A DNA stretch of 53,283 nucleotides from Octopus bimaculoides (GCF_001194135.2 NC_068987.1:8180377-8233659); one strand, 5' to 3'; positions 1-12,741 are shown, counted from the first letter of the stretch. Notes: a model not told the origin generated them from the sequence alone. A program made the numbers and translations.

Positions 1-1
1 C

Positions 2-207
2 CACCACCGCTGCCACTGCCACCATCCCACTTATTATTTTTTATCCGAAAATAATGGAAATTAGTTTTAATGTTTTTAGTTTTTGTTTTTATAATATCTT
101 GTAAAATAAGACGGGTTTTTTCTTTTCTTTTTATATTGTTTTTTTTTTGTTTTTATCATTTACCGTTTCATGTCTGTTAGTGTTCAGATTAGGAAAAAAA
201 AAGAAAA
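2..207. repeat. Copy 1 of a near-identical ~206-bp duplication (copy 2 at 1428-1634)
   Basis: Direct alignment shows one substitution (acggg/acagg) and one T indel. Copy 2 ends at an N gap. Confidence 0.9.
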
Positions 208-563
208 AAATTATTATTTTATTTATTTATTTTTGTCTCCCGTTATACATGTTAGTTAAAATGAAATAAAGTTGTTTTAGTTCCAAAGGCAGGAATATCT
301 TGGAGTTAAATAGTTGTTGTAATATCAGCGAAGATAGGAATAAAAGAGTTAAGTAGAGGAGAAAGGTAAGAAAAAAGATCCAGAGGAATCCTGAAGCATT
401 AATGAGTTCATAAAGATCCAGGGCTTTGATCTAAATAATTTGTTCTCGACGAGGGTCCATATGGCCCTGGGGCAGAAGGGGGGGGTGTCATATAGTATTT
501 TGTTTTTAAAATTTATGTGCAGTCAATTAATTATCTCTTTTTATTATGCAGTATACCTTAATG

Positions 564-2236
564 CAGGGGTTTTCAAACTGTGGTNNNNNNNNNNCTCTCT
601 CTCTCTCTCTCCTCTTATATAATGACGCACACACTCACACAGAAAGTGTTACATGTGTGTGTTTGCATATATATGTATTGATAGATAGATACTTACACAT
701 AATACACACACACACATATATATATATATTTATACACATAAACACACACATACAACCACAGACACACATAGTCTCTCTTTTTGGGGGAACACACACACAC
801 ACACTCATGCTTTCTCTTTTCTTTTCTGCTCACTCACATGTAAATCCATCTTTTGCACACACACACACACACTCTCTTTCACACATGCAGGCTCTCATTC
901 ATAGACACACACACACACACACACGCACTCTCTCTTTCTCTCTCTCGTGCACTTACTTATACACATTCTTATCTTCTGCTTTCACACATTTGTTCTTTCT
1001 TTTTATCTTCATTCATTAGTAGTTTCCTTCTTTCTTTTCTGCCTTTTCTTCTGTCTTTCCTTCTTACATTTTTCTGTCTTTCTCATATTATGCACATATA
1101 CATATTGTCTTGCTCTCACAAATTCTTTCCTTTTCTTCTGTCTCCTTATCCTTATAGAAACCGAAGCACACACACACACGCACGAGCGCATGCACGCGCA
1201 TAGAGGATGTTGCGTTTTCATTTGCAAAATGCTCCATGATAAATGAAGCTACATGAGACTTTGAAACTTTCTTGAATATCTTTAGAAACACCTTCTGCAT
1301 GTGACTGCTTCATGCTTTATTGATTTATGGCTATTTAACTTCTTTTCGGCAAAAAAAAAACATTTCTTTCTCATATATATATGTTTTGTAACATGTGCAA
1401 AAGCCCTCTCCCCACCACCACCACCATCACCACCGCTGCCACTGCCACCATCCCACTTATTATTTTTTATCCGAAAATAATGGAAATTAGTTTTAATGTT
1501 TTTAGTTTTTGTTTTTATAATATCTTGTAAAATAAGACAGGTTTTTTTCTTTTCTTTTTATATTGTTTTTTTTTTGTTTTTATCATTTACCGTTTCATGT
1601 CTGTTAGTGTTCAGATTAGGAAAAAAAAAGAAAANNNNNNNNNNNNNNNNNNNNNNNNNNNNNNNNNNNNNNNNNNNNNNNNNNNNNNNNNNNNNNNNNN
1701 NNNNNNNNNNNNNNNNNNNNNNNNNNNNNNNNNNNNNNNNNNNNNNNNNNNNNNNNNNNNNNNNNNNNNNNNNNNNNNNNNNNNNNNNNNNNNNNNNNNN
1801 NNNNNNNNNNNNNNNNNNNNNNNNNNNNNNNNNNNNNNNNNNNNNNNNNNNNNNNNNNNNNNNNNNNNNNNNNNNNNNNNNNNNNNNNNNNNNNNNNNNN
1901 NNNNNNNNNNNNNNNNNNNNNNNNNNNNNNNNNNNNNNNNNNNNNNNNNNNNNNNNNNNNNNNNNNNNNNNNNNNNNNNNNNNNNNNNNNNNNNNNNNNN
2001 NNNNNNNNNNNNNNNNNNNNNNNNNNNNNNNNNNNNNNNNNNNNNNNNNNNNNNNNNNNNNNNAATCGAAATCTTTTAATTGACAATAAACCTATTTGTT
2101 AAATACTGTTAAATAAATAAATGTAAAAATATATGTTATTTTAAGCAAATATTTATGTGTAAATTTCATAAGCATTTATAAGGGTAAAGCCTGAAATATA
2201 AAGGGGTCCGCAAGTCAAAAAGTTTGAAAACCCCTG
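564..2236. mobile_element. hAT-like (Charlie-type) non-autonomous element ends with 8-bp TSD, spanning two gaps
   Basis: TIR CAGGGGTTTTCAAACT at 564 and AGTTTGAAAACCCCTG ending at 2236. Identical flanks ccttaatg at 556-563 and 2237-2244. An 8-bp TSD with CAG termini is typical of hAT. The interior may be misassembled. Confidence 0.8.
1428..1634. repeat. Copy 2 of the ~206-bp duplication
   Basis: Matches 2-207 and terminates at the gap 1635-2063. Confidence 0.9.
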
Positions 2237-2314
2237 CCTTAATGTATTTTTTTTTTATCCAATTCCTAACAATTAATTAAAAAAAATATAACGGGGGTGG
2301 GGGTTAAACTTTGA

Positions 2315-2412
2315 ATGGCTATGAGTTCAAATTCCACCAAGGTCGACTTTGTCTTTCATCCTTTTGGGGTTGATAAAATAAGTACCAATTGAACACTGAG
2401 GTCAATGTAATA
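2315..2412 (+). mobile_element. Family C tRNA-SINE fragment
   Basis: B-box-like gagttcaaattcc followed by aggtcgactttgtctttcatccttttggggttgataaaataagtacc. Confidence 0.75.
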
Positions 2413-2987
2413 ATATTTTTTCCCCCTTTTTTTTTTAAAATCAAAACATGGCAAGTTATAAAAATAATACAGGTCGGTGTTTTTAATTTGGTGTTTCAAT
2501 ATTTCAGTATTAAGAGCCTTTTCTTCTTCAGGAAATTTTTGGTGTATAGGTGTTGTTAGCCAGGGTTCTTTTGTCATTTAAATCAATTCTTAAAAGGTTG
2601 CCTATCACCCTCTTTACAACAACCCTTGTACACCCACCATTTCCAGTTGTAGTAATTACACAGAGGGACACACTTCTTTCATCGCATAACAACGTTTAAA
2701 TCAGTAAACTGGGTCAATATATGCTCAGCTTGCTTCTGCTCAATAATACCTTCATTCACTGCTGTTCTATTAATTATTCAAACACTATTTTTGGTTTTGT
2801 CATGAACTAAGAATTATTGTTCATGTAGATGTGGAGGTGGCTGTGGTAGAAGGTGTGCTACTTTAGGACTTGACTCTACATCTCTTGTTCCCGAGTTCAA
2901 ATTTTGCTAGCGGCAGCTTTGTTTTTTATGCTTTCAATCAAATAAGTTCCAAATACGTATTGTGAAGTTGACACACCCATCGCCCAT

Positions 2988-3235
2988 CATCATCATTTAA
3001 TGTCTGTTTTTTATGCTGGCATTGGTCGAAAACAGTTTGACCAGAGCTAGCAAGCTGGAGAGCTGCGCTGGGCTCCAGTCGTTTGTTTTGGCTAGGTTTC
3101 TATGGTTGAATGCCCTTCCTAACGCCAATAACTTTACAGAGTGTACTGGGTGCTTTATTCATGGCACTAGTGCAAGTGCTTTTTACTAAATGCTGGCACG
3201 GGGGGCCTTTTTACATGGCGCCAGCACTAGTTGTG
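2988..3235 (-). mobile_element. Family B (GAT)n-tailed retroposon, degenerate
   Basis: catcatcatttaatgtc tail and tgcccttcctaacgcc core, matching the copies at 27648 and 44588. Confidence 0.75.
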
Positions 3236-3439
3236 CTGCCAAATAATCTGCAAGACAAAGACTTCTTACTTGAGTGAAGGAATGGAACTGAGGGAAGTGG
3301 CTCTGCACCAAGCGAGGGGTTAGAGTGTAATAAAGTACCAGTGATGTACTGGGGTCAATGTAATCACCTAACTCCTGCCACCTAAAATTGCTCCAGAATT
3401 TGAAACCATAAGGTGGGGAACTATCAGACTCATTAACAT

Positions 3440-3635
3440 GTCAGGCATATTGCTCAGTGATATTTCTTGTGACTCTTTATATTCTGAGTTCAAATCCCAT
3501 GGAGGTCAACATTGTCTTTCATTCTTTTGAGGTTGATTAAATGAAGTAGCAGGCACTCAAGTACTGAAGTCAATATAATCAACGAACCCCCTCTTCATGA
3601 ATTGCTTAAACCTCTGATGTTAAAATTTGAAACTA
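3440..3635 (+). mobile_element. Family C-like tRNA-SINE, degenerate
   Basis: ttctgagttcaaatccc...ggtcaacattgtctttcattctttt...gttgattaaatgaagta...aatcaac...cccctc. Confidence 0.65.
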
Positions 3636-3644
3636 TAATTATTA

Positions 3645-3808
3645 GGCGTGGCTGTGTGTTAAGAAGCTTCCTTCCCAACCGCATGGTTCAGGGTTCAGTC
3701 CCACTGCATGGCACCTTGGGCAAATGCCTTCTGCCATAGCCTCAGGCTGACCAAAACCTTGTGAGTGGATTTGGTAGGTGGAAACTGAAAGAAGCCCGTC
3801 GTATATAT
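3645..3808 (+). mobile_element. Family A CORE-like tRNA-SINE, 5' half
   Basis: tggctgtgtg..taagaagc head, ggttcagtccc B-box-like motif, gcaccttgggcaa CORE-like box, ending gaagcccgtcgtatata. Confidence 0.85.
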
Positions 3809-3869
3809 CATCATCATCATCATCATCGTTTCATGTCCGCCCGAGGTACCACGCATTGTAGTGTAGGTG

Positions 3870-3955
3870 TGAGAGGTCTGATCTGGTCAGTTTGAACATA
3901 AAACAGGTAGAATGCTTGGACCTCTAGATATGGCCAGTTTGAGTGCGAAAGGGCA
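3870..3955 (+). mobile_element. Fragment of a piggyBac-like MITE family
   Basis: gtgagaggtctgatctggtcagtttgaacata...atatggccagtttga matches the element at 29449-29869. Confidence 0.6.
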
Positions 3956-5459
3956 AAACTGACTCACCTCGTCCCTTGAATTTCTGGCTCTCTGCTTATG
4001 TTAGAAGCAGTTTTAATTGGTGACCCCCCCCCCACACACTTGTCTGAGTTTGAGTGTATATTTAATGTATTAGTAGTTGAAACTTCTCAGCTTATTGATT
4101 CATTGAACACTGTTCAATATTCTGTTGTTTTTCCCTCATTCTGTGTGTGTGTGTTGACCAGTCATTTGTACAGAGCTTCGCTGTATTAATGAGCAATAGA
4201 CAGGTGAATGCATGTAAACGATGTGTAAATTTACTGTGCCTATCACTCCTAAACATTCTAGAGCACTCTACAGATCTGTCTGTCTGTCCATCCATCCAGC
4301 TACCTATCTATCTACTGATCTATCTATCTATCTATCTATCTATCTAACTTACGTTTCTTGCATAAATAAATGGAATTTTATTTAACAAACTGTGACACTA
4401 AGGACCGAAGTTACCGTGGTCTTTTCGTAGGTTTTTCTTTCCACGGATAACCTCCCCATTTATTGGGCATTTTCTGTATTATTTCGTATTTTTTGTAAAT
4501 ACCCCAAACGTTTTGCGATGTATTTTTTTTCATCGTTGTCCCCACTTTTGTTTTTTTTTTTCTGCTTTGTTTTCGCCCCCCCCTCGAAAAGAAAAACTCT
4601 ACATTTGTATTTTGTCCTCTCTATGTTGAGCCCTGTGTGGCAAATAAAGAAACATCTGTTCATCCATCCCTCCATTCATCTATCTGTCTATCTATACATC
4701 CATCCGTTTGTCCAGCCATCTATCTATCTGTCTATGTATCTCTCTATCTTTTTTTTTTTTTTACATGATTCCTTTTGGTCGGAATTTTCTTTTTCTTTTT
4801 TTTTTATTTTCGAAAAGAAAAGCTCTACATTGTATTTTGTGCCCTCTGTGTTCGGCCCTGTGTGGCTAATAAAGAAACTTATCTATCTATCTATCTATCT
4901 ATCTATCTGTGTGTGTGTATGCATGTATGTGTGTGTTCATGTATATATGTGTTTTTGTGTACACCTATCTACCTGTGTGTATGTGTGTGTGTGTATATAT
5001 ACACACGTATATATATATGCATATATTCGTGTTTATGTGTGTGTGAGTATGTGTGTGTGTGTGTGTGCATACGTATAGATAAGATATAGTAGGAGGAACT
5101 TCCAAGCATGCCTATCAATTAGATAAACCTCTGTCAATTAGATAAACCACTGAAGGTATCAAATCACACACACACTTTTTTGTTTCCAATCCATTGCATG
5201 GTTTCTTCGGCCCCTCTCTCGGTCCCTGTTCCTTTCAGTTTTAAACTCTGCCTGTCTTTTTTATTGTCTTCTGTCGTTAATTAATTCTTGTCCTCCGTCA
5301 TCATCGTCATTGTTGTTTAGCCTCCGGTCAGGCTTCATTGAACACACCTACCACAACGACCAACCATCAAAGACATTCAAGCTGTGAAACATTCCATCTT
5401 TGTTTAAGGCACATCCTAATCAAGGACAACTCCACTATTCTGGACTCACATCTACTCCT

Positions 5460-5722
5460 TCTCTCTCCCTCTCTCTCTCTCTATCTTTCTCTATCTTCCT
5501 CTCCTCTTTTTCTTTCTCTCCTCATCTCTCTTCCTCCCTCTCTTTTCTCTCCCCCTCCCTCTTTCATTTCCCTCCCCTCATCTCTCCCCCTCCCTCCTCA
5601 TCTCTTGCTCTTCTCTCCTCTCTCCCTCTCCCTCTCCTCTCCCCCTCCTCTCCCCTCCCTCCTCATTTCCCCCTCCTCATCTCTCCCTCTCCTCTCCCTC
5701 TCCCTCTCCTCATCTCTCCCTC
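5460..5722. repeat. CT-rich low-complexity polypyrimidine tract next to a gap
   Basis: Almost entirely C/T, with ctctcc repeats. Confidence 0.9.
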
Positions 5723-7620
5723 NNNNNNNNNNNNNNNNNNNNNNNNNNNNNNNNNNNNNNNNNNNNNNNNNNNNNNNNNNNNNNNNNNNNNNNNNNNNNN
5801 NNNNNNNNNNNNNNNNNNNNNNNNNNNNNNNNNNNNNNNNNNNNNNNNNNNNNNNNNNNNNNNNNNNNNNNNNNNNNNNNNNNNNNNNNNNNNNNNNNNN
5901 NNNNNNNNNNNNNNNNNNNNNNNNNNNNNNNNNNNNNNNNNNNNNNNNNNNNNNNNNNNNNNNNNNNNNNNNNNNNNNNNNNNNNNNNNNNNNNNNNNNN
6001 NNNNNNNNNNNNNNNNNNNNNNNNNNNNNNNNNNNNNNNNNNNNNNNNNNNNNNNNNNNNNNNNNNNNNNNNNNNNNNNNNNNNNNNNNNNNNNNNNNNN
6101 NNNNNNNNNNNNNNNNNNNNNNNNNNNNNNNNNNNNNNNNNNNNNNNNNNNNNNNNNNNNNNNNNNNNNNNNNNNNNNNNNNNNNNNNNNNNNNNNNNNN
6201 NNNNNNNNNNNNNNNNNNNNNNNNNNNNNNNNNNNNNNNNNNNNNNNNNNNNNNNNNNNNNNNNNNNNNNNNNNNNNNNNNNNNNNNNNNNNNNNNNNNN
6301 NNNNNNNNNNNNNNNNNNNNNNNNNNNNNNNNNNNNNNNNNNNNNNNNNNNNNNNNNNNNNNNNNNNNNNNNNNNNNNNNNNNNNNNNNNNNNNNNNNNN
6401 NNNNNNNNNNNNNNNNNNNNNNNNNNNNNNNNNNNNNNNNNNNNNNNNNNNNNNNNNNNNNNNNNNNNNNNNNNNNNNNNNNNNNNNNNNNNNNNNNNNN
6501 NNNNNNNNNNNNNNNNNNNNNNNNNNNNNNNNNNNNNNNNNNNNNNNNNNNNNNNNNNNNNNNNNNNNNNNNNNNNNNNNNNNNNNNNNNNNNNNNNNNN
6601 NNNNNNNNNNNNNNNNNNNNNNNNNAGTGGATAGAAAGGTATGGAAAGAGTGTGATAGCAAGTTCTGTGGAGGTGGGTAAATAAATGGCTAGTCAGAACT
6701 GTGTGTGTGTGTGTGTGGTGATATAGATGGAATTGTGTATGTGTATATGTATGTGGGGTGGGTGGGAAGGAGGTAGAAAATTGGGAGGTGGAGGTGGTGA
6801 TAGAGACAGACAGACAGTCAGACAGACAAATGAAATTGTGTGTAGAAAGATAGAGGAGCAGTAAGAGTGGTGCATGTGTGTGTACGCGGGTGGAGGTGGT
6901 GAAATTAGTGGATAGAATAGTTTGTCTGTATTAGTGGTGGTGGTGGTGGTNNNNNNNNNNNNNNNNNNNNNNNNNNNNNNNNNNNNNNNNNNNNNNNNNN
7001 NNNNNNNNNNNNNNNNNNNNNNNNNNNNNNNNNNNNNNNNNNNNNNNNNNNNNNNNNNNNNNNNNNNNNNNNNNNNNNNNNNNNNNNNNNNNNNNNNNNN
7101 NNNNNNNNNNNNNNNNNNNNNNNNNNNNNNNNNNNNNNNNNNNNNNNNNNNNNNNNNNNNNNNNNNNNNNNNNNNNNNNNNNNNNNNNNNNNNNNNNNNN
7201 NNNNNNNNNNNNNNNNNNNNNNNNNNNNNNNNNNNNNNNNNNNNNNNNNNNNNNNNNNNNNNNNNNNNNNNNNNNNNNNNNNNNNNNNNNNNNNNNNNNN
7301 NNNNNNNNNNNNNNNNNNNNNNNNNNNNNNNNNNNNNNNNNNNNNNNNNNNNNNNNNNNNNNNNNNNNNNNNNNNNNNNNNNNNNNNNNNNNNNNNNNNN
7401 NNNNNNNNNNNNNNNNNNNNNNNNNNNNNNNNNNNNNNNNNNNNNNGGGGGGGGAGAAAGTAAGTCTTTGAGAATGAGAGGGTGGGGAAGAAGAGTGTGG
7501 GTAGGTTATGAAGGGGGTGAGGATATGTGAGGGAGAGAGAGAGAGAGATGATGATGATGATGATGAGAGAAGGAGAGAAACGGTATAAAAATACATATAT
7601 AATAATGACAGTGTATATGT

Positions 7621-8046
7621 GCAGGCATGGTTGTGTGGTTAAGAAGTGTGCTTTGCAACCAGGTGGTTTCAGGGTCAGTCCCACTGCATGGCACCTTGGG
7701 CAAGTGTCTTTTATTACAGCCTTGGGCTGGCTAAAGCCTTGCGAGTGAATTTGGTAGAGGGAAACTGTGTGGAACCCAGCATGTGTGTGTGTGTATGTGT
7801 GTGTCTGTTTCCCCATTCTCCTCTCTCTCCCCTCCCTCTTTCACTCCCTCCTCTCATCTCTCGCTCTCCTCTTGTCTCTCGCTCTCCTTGTCTCTCGCTC
7901 TCCTTGTCTCTCGCTCTCCTTGTCTCTCGCTCTCCTTGTCTCTCGCTCTCCTCATCTCTAACCTGGAGGTCAATTTGCTCGACTAAAGGTGGTGCTCCAG
8001 CGTGGCTGCAGTCAAATGACTGAAACAAGTAAAAGAGTAAAAGAGA
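7621..8046 (+). mobile_element. Family A SINE with head, CORE-like box and 3' tail; middle expanded into a minisatellite
   Basis: Head to ggaaactg (7621-7770), then tail gtcaatttgctcgactaaaggtggtgctccagc...cagtcaaatgactgaaacaagtaaaagagtaaaag. Confidence 0.85.
7874..7952. repeat. 16-bp minisatellite (gtctctcgctctcctt) x about 5
   Basis: Exact tandem units read directly. Confidence 0.9.
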
Positions 8047-8069
8047 GAGTATACCAAAACAGACACTGA

Positions 8070-8158
8070 GACCTGGTGCAGTCTTCTGCTTAGCCAACTC
8101 CTGTTAAACTGTCCAACCCATGCCACCATGGAAAGCAGATGTTAAATGATAATGATGT
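8070..8158 (+). mobile_element. Family B 3' tail fragment
   Basis: ctggtgcagtc...gtccaacccatgccaccatggaaagcagatgttaaatgataatgatg. Confidence 0.75.
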
Positions 8159-8435
8159 CCAGTGTACTTCTATTTTGGTGCACCTAAACAGGTCATAGAC
8201 TTCTAAATATTGGTGTAAATTTAAAAAGTAATGTGTGAATTCTTTAAAATAATCAACTAAACCTTTTGAAATGGTGTGTGAAATTTTGAAACTTGCATGT
8301 GAATCTTTTAAAATAATCCACCATACAATGTGCTGAAGTGTAAGCAGATAGATGTGTCTACCAAATTCTCAAGTGAGTTTATACACTAGGCTATCCATCA
8401 GATATATCATTCTTATTATGGAGTAGTAGGCTTAA

Positions 8436-8653
8436 CCCCTTTGTTACCAGCCATTCAAAGACTGCCTCTGGTTCTGTGAGACAAAATTCCTGTTTTAAAG
8501 TAATCTAAATTATAATCTTCCATCAGAATTTTATGTTAATTTGTTCCAGACACCATCTTAATAATGAGTTATTTTATGAAACTTTTCACTATTTTAAAAA
8601 TTAAATTGAAACAGAGGCCAGCATATGTCAACAGAACCACAATAGCAAAAGGA
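8436..8653. mobile_element. piggyBac-like MITE (TTAA flanks)
   Basis: ttaa|cccctttg at 8432-8435 and caaaagga|ttaa at 8654-8657, with imperfect CCC/GGG-type termini. Confidence 0.6.
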
Positions 8654-8659
8654 TTAAAT

Positions 8660-8905
8660 TATGGGGACATAAGCACACCAACATCGATTGTCAAGCGATG
8701 GTGGTGGTGGAGAAACGAACACAGACACACAAATACATATATATGATGGGCTTCTTTCAGTTTCCGTCTACCAGATCCACTCAGAAGGCTTTGGACGGCC
8801 CATGGTTATAGTAGAAGACATTTGCCCAAAGTGCCATGCAGTGGGACTGAACCTGGAACCATGTGGTTAGGAAGCAAGTTTCTTACCACACAGCCACTCC
8901 TGCGC
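8660..8905 (-). mobile_element. Family A SINE
   Basis: Reverse complement of gcgcaggagtggctgtgtggtaag...ggttcagtcccactgcatggcactttgggcaa...gaagcccatc and the downstream body. Confidence 0.9.
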
Positions 8906-8944
8906 ACATATATATATATATATATAATATTGCTAACATGTGCC

Positions 8945-9100
8945 TTCTACGCTGGCATGGGTTAGAAAGTGTGACCTGTCACAGTTGGCAAGCTGGAGAA
9001 TTACTCCAAGATCCATGGTTTCTATGGCAGGATACCTTTCCTGGTGCCAACCACTTTACACGGTGTACTGTGTGCATTTTGTCTGGCATCAACACCAGAG
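8945..9100 (-). mobile_element. Family B-related fragment
   Basis: ctggcatgggttagaaag...tttctatggcaggatacctttcctggtgccaaccac. Confidence 0.6.
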
Positions 9101-9617
9101 GGGTTGCCAAGTAACTTGTGAGAAGAAAACCTCTCAGCTGGGATAGGGAATGGGACCAAGGGAAGTGGTTTTGTTCTAGGAGAGAGGTTAGAGTATAATA
9201 GAGGGGACAGAGAGTAGATACCTGGCTAAGGAGAGATAGAGAAAATGAGGAAGACAGAGGGAAACAGATGGTGGGGGTGGGGTCTACACAGGAAATAATA
9301 GGGAAGAGTATAAGTGGTTCAGTGAGGATAGAAGGGGATGTTTTGTATGAGCTTGAGGGGAGATGTTTAGAGATGGAGAAGGGGTGCCTGAAGCAAGGGG
9401 GTGAGAAAGATCGGAGTGGCTGGGAGGGGGGGGGGGAANNNNNNNNNNNNNNNNNNNNNNNNNNNNNNNNNNNNNNNNNNNNNNNNNNNNNNNNNNNNNN
9501 NNNNNNNNNNNNNNNNNNNNNNNNNNNNNNNNNNNNNNNNNNNNNNNNNNNNNNNNNNNNNNNNNNNNNNNNNNNNNNNNNNNNNNNNNNNNNNNNNNNN
9601 NNNNNNNNNNNNNNTTC

Positions 9618-9651
<34 letters not shown>

Positions 9652-9964
9652 CCATTTCTATAGTATAAGACAGATAGATAATGAGGTGGCGGAGTGGAGG
9701 GCGTGCAGTGAAATATTTTGGGAAATGAAAAAGAAGGTAGCTGTTTGAAGAGAAACAGGTGGGTAACAAGGAGAAGAAATGTGGGCGGAACACATTAAAT
9801 AGGGGGAGTTGTTTATTCAGTAATGGATTGTAATAGACATATGTGGTTGTGTGCTAATGTGTGTATGTGTAAAGAACATACACACACACACACACACACA
9901 CACACTATAACCCCTGTGTGCACTGTAGGGAACAAAAGGTATAAAACCACATCTTGAGTTTATA

Positions 9965-9984
9965 CTTTCCTATATATATATGTG

Positions 9985-10015
<31 letters not shown>

Positions 10016-10350
10016 ATTTGTGTGTGTGTGTATTTATGTGTGTGTGTGTGTGTGTATTTATGTGTGTGTGTGTGTATTTATGTGTGTGTGTGTGTGTATT
10101 TATGTGTGTGTGTATATTTACGTATGTATGTGTGTGTATATTTACGTATATATGTGTGTGTATATTTATGTATATATATGTGTGTGTATTTATGTATATA
10201 TGTGTGTGTGTATATATATTTATGTATATGTGTGTGTGTATTTATGTATATATGCATGTGTGTGCATATATATATATGTGTGTGTGTGTGTGTATATATG
10301 TAGTATATAGGTATGTATATATGTACACACACACACACACACACACACAC
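9965..10350. repeat. Complex TG/TA microsatellite with recurring tgtgtatttatg units
   Basis: Direct reading. Confidence 0.9.
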
Positions 10351-10972
10351 AAAACATATACACATCCCCTTCTTGTACCTCTCACCATCACCCCCCCACA
10401 CACACACTAACTCCTTCACTCTTTTCACCTTTGTTTCTTTCTCATCTTTCGGAAATTCTGAAAATACTTGAACTTACTTTCATAAAGTGATTCCCCAAAG
10501 CCATTGTGAACGGTGAATACATTTCTATGTCAGTATGTGTATATGTATGCAATCATGTATGTATGTATGTACTGAAATCAATGTGTGTATGTGTGTGTGC
10601 TGAAGTCATTGTGTCTATATGTATGTAAGTGTACTGAAATCAGTGAGTGTATTTGTATGTGTGTATATGTGTATGTGTTCGTATTGTTTTGGTCAGTGTG
10701 TATTTACTTGGCTTTGTTTTTATCAAAGTGTGTGTGTGTGTGTGTGTGTGTGTTAATGTACCTGTTTTAATTGAAGCAATAACATATAACATACAGCGAA
10801 AGTATTAAATGAGTGAGAAATAATTACACTTTAAGAAAATGGTTGTCTAATTTTTGCCAGAGCTAATGTGACATCTGTTTACTTTTAAATGGGTTCCTGA
10901 AACGACTGTGTGTATAAGTGTGTGTGTTTATGTGTGAGAGAGAAAGAGAAGGCATATGTGTGCATGCATGTG

Positions 10973-11008
<36 letters not shown>

Positions 11009-11191
11009 TGTATGTGTGTGCATGTGCAAGAGAGAGAAGGAGAGAGAGATTGCGTTGTTTGCATGTATATANNNNNNNNNNNNNNNNNNNNNNNNNNNNN
11101 NNNNNNNNNNNNNNNNNNNNNNNNNNNNNNNNNNNNNNNNNNNNNNNNNNNNNNNNNNNNNNNNNNNNNNNNNNNNNNNNNNNNNNNNNNN

Positions 11192-11222
<31 letters not shown>

Positions 11223-11445
11223 TATACTTCCGTAGATATGTATGTCTATATTTTGTGTGTGTGTGTGTGTTTATGTATAGAAATACATATTTGTACAGAT
11301 ATGTATGTGTATCTGTCATTAGAAGTAGGTTTCATATATGTGTGTATATTTGTATGCATGTATATGTACATATGTGTCCGTGGATATATATGAATATATA
11401 TATTTACCTAGATATATGTGTGTGTATTTCTGTTAGAGGATGTGT

Positions 11446-11480
<35 letters not shown>

Positions 11481-11869
11481 ATGCATATGTTTCTACTTAT
11501 TTGCTCCTGCACATACACACACGTTCTGCATATGTATAATATCTCACTCACATGCCGAAGATGGCACCTGAACTGCTTCTTAAATTTGTGCCGATGCCAT
11601 AAGGCAAAAACAGATTACTGCTGCCTATTAAGTTCTCGGTGATATCAGTGCCAGCTACTTCGTCACTTTGCAAATTTTTAATTCTGAAGTGAATTCTTCT
11701 GCTCTACTCTCTTTAATTAGTGTCTCATTTTCACCGAGACAAACGTTTTCATGTGAAAAAGGAAAGTTATGCCTGATTTTAAAAATCTTCTGAAAACAAA
11801 CTAGTTTTTGATTTGTTTTCTCATTCGCTTCTACAGTGATTTCGAAGCTCATGCATGCACAGATAGGTG

Positions 11870-12020
11870 TAGACATAGCTATGTGGGGTGAGAAGTTTGG
11901 TTTATGGTTCAGTCCCATTGCATGGCACCTTGGGCAAGTGTTTTCTATGGTCCAGGCTGACTAAAGCCTTGCGAGTGCATTTGTTTGATGGAAACTGAAA
12001 GAAGCCCATTATATGTGTGT
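11870..12020 (+). mobile_element. Family A SINE, 5' half
   Basis: ggttcagtcccattgcatggcaccttgggcaagtg...ggaaactgaaagaagccc. Confidence 0.8.
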
Positions 12021-12239
12021 GTATATGATCATTTTAGCCATGTAACAACATGCATGCTTTTTTTGGACTAATTTGTTTCCTTCTCTCCAGACCTATTCTC
12101 TTTTCTCTTCCTGAAGAAGAGCCATGCTCAAAATGTTACTCATACTGTCCCCTCACTTTTCCATCTTAACCTGAGCATCAACCTAGTACATTTCACTGTG
12201 TATGTCCTATTGGTTATTTTGTTTTTATTTTTATTTTGC

Positions 12240-12279
<40 letters not shown>

Positions 12280-12544
12280 GTAAAAATATGTGACAATTAT
12301 TTGGTGTGTGTATGTTTTTACAGATAAATTCCTCTATTTACGTAATATCGAGGTCTCTTTCTTTCTTTTGTTGTCTTTTCTATCAATAAATATATATACA
12401 TATTATATACACACACATATAAAACAAAAGAACGGGTGTATTTCCACGCAGGAAAAAATATAGGCAAATTTGTTGTTGAAAATGCACCTAAATTTGAAAA
12501 ACTTGTAATTGTTTTAGAATAATTTTATTTACAAAATACCAAAC

Positions 12545-12686
12545 TAGTTTCAACAATATTTTTGTTTGTCAGTGGTAAAAATTTAGAATTATGAATTAGA
12601 AGCAGCATTGAAACTTTTAAACATGTTTTTCTAATTCATAATTCTAAATTTTCACCATTGATAAACAAAAAATATTGTTGAAACTA
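12545..12686. repeat. Fold-back inverted repeat, ~57-bp arms
   Basis: tagtttcaacaatattttt...gaattaga (12545-12601) versus its reverse complement at 12629-12686; abuts a 10-N gap. Confidence 0.85.
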
Positions 12687-12741
12687 NNNNNNNNNNCCCC
12701 CCCCCCCTAAATAAATACATTATATATTTGTTCTTTGCCTA

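Noticed and set aside
11545-11700. Cys-rich reading frame CRRWHLNCFLNLCRCHKAKTDYCC
   Set aside because: It is short, interrupted by a stop, and I cannot match the Cys spacing to a named domain.
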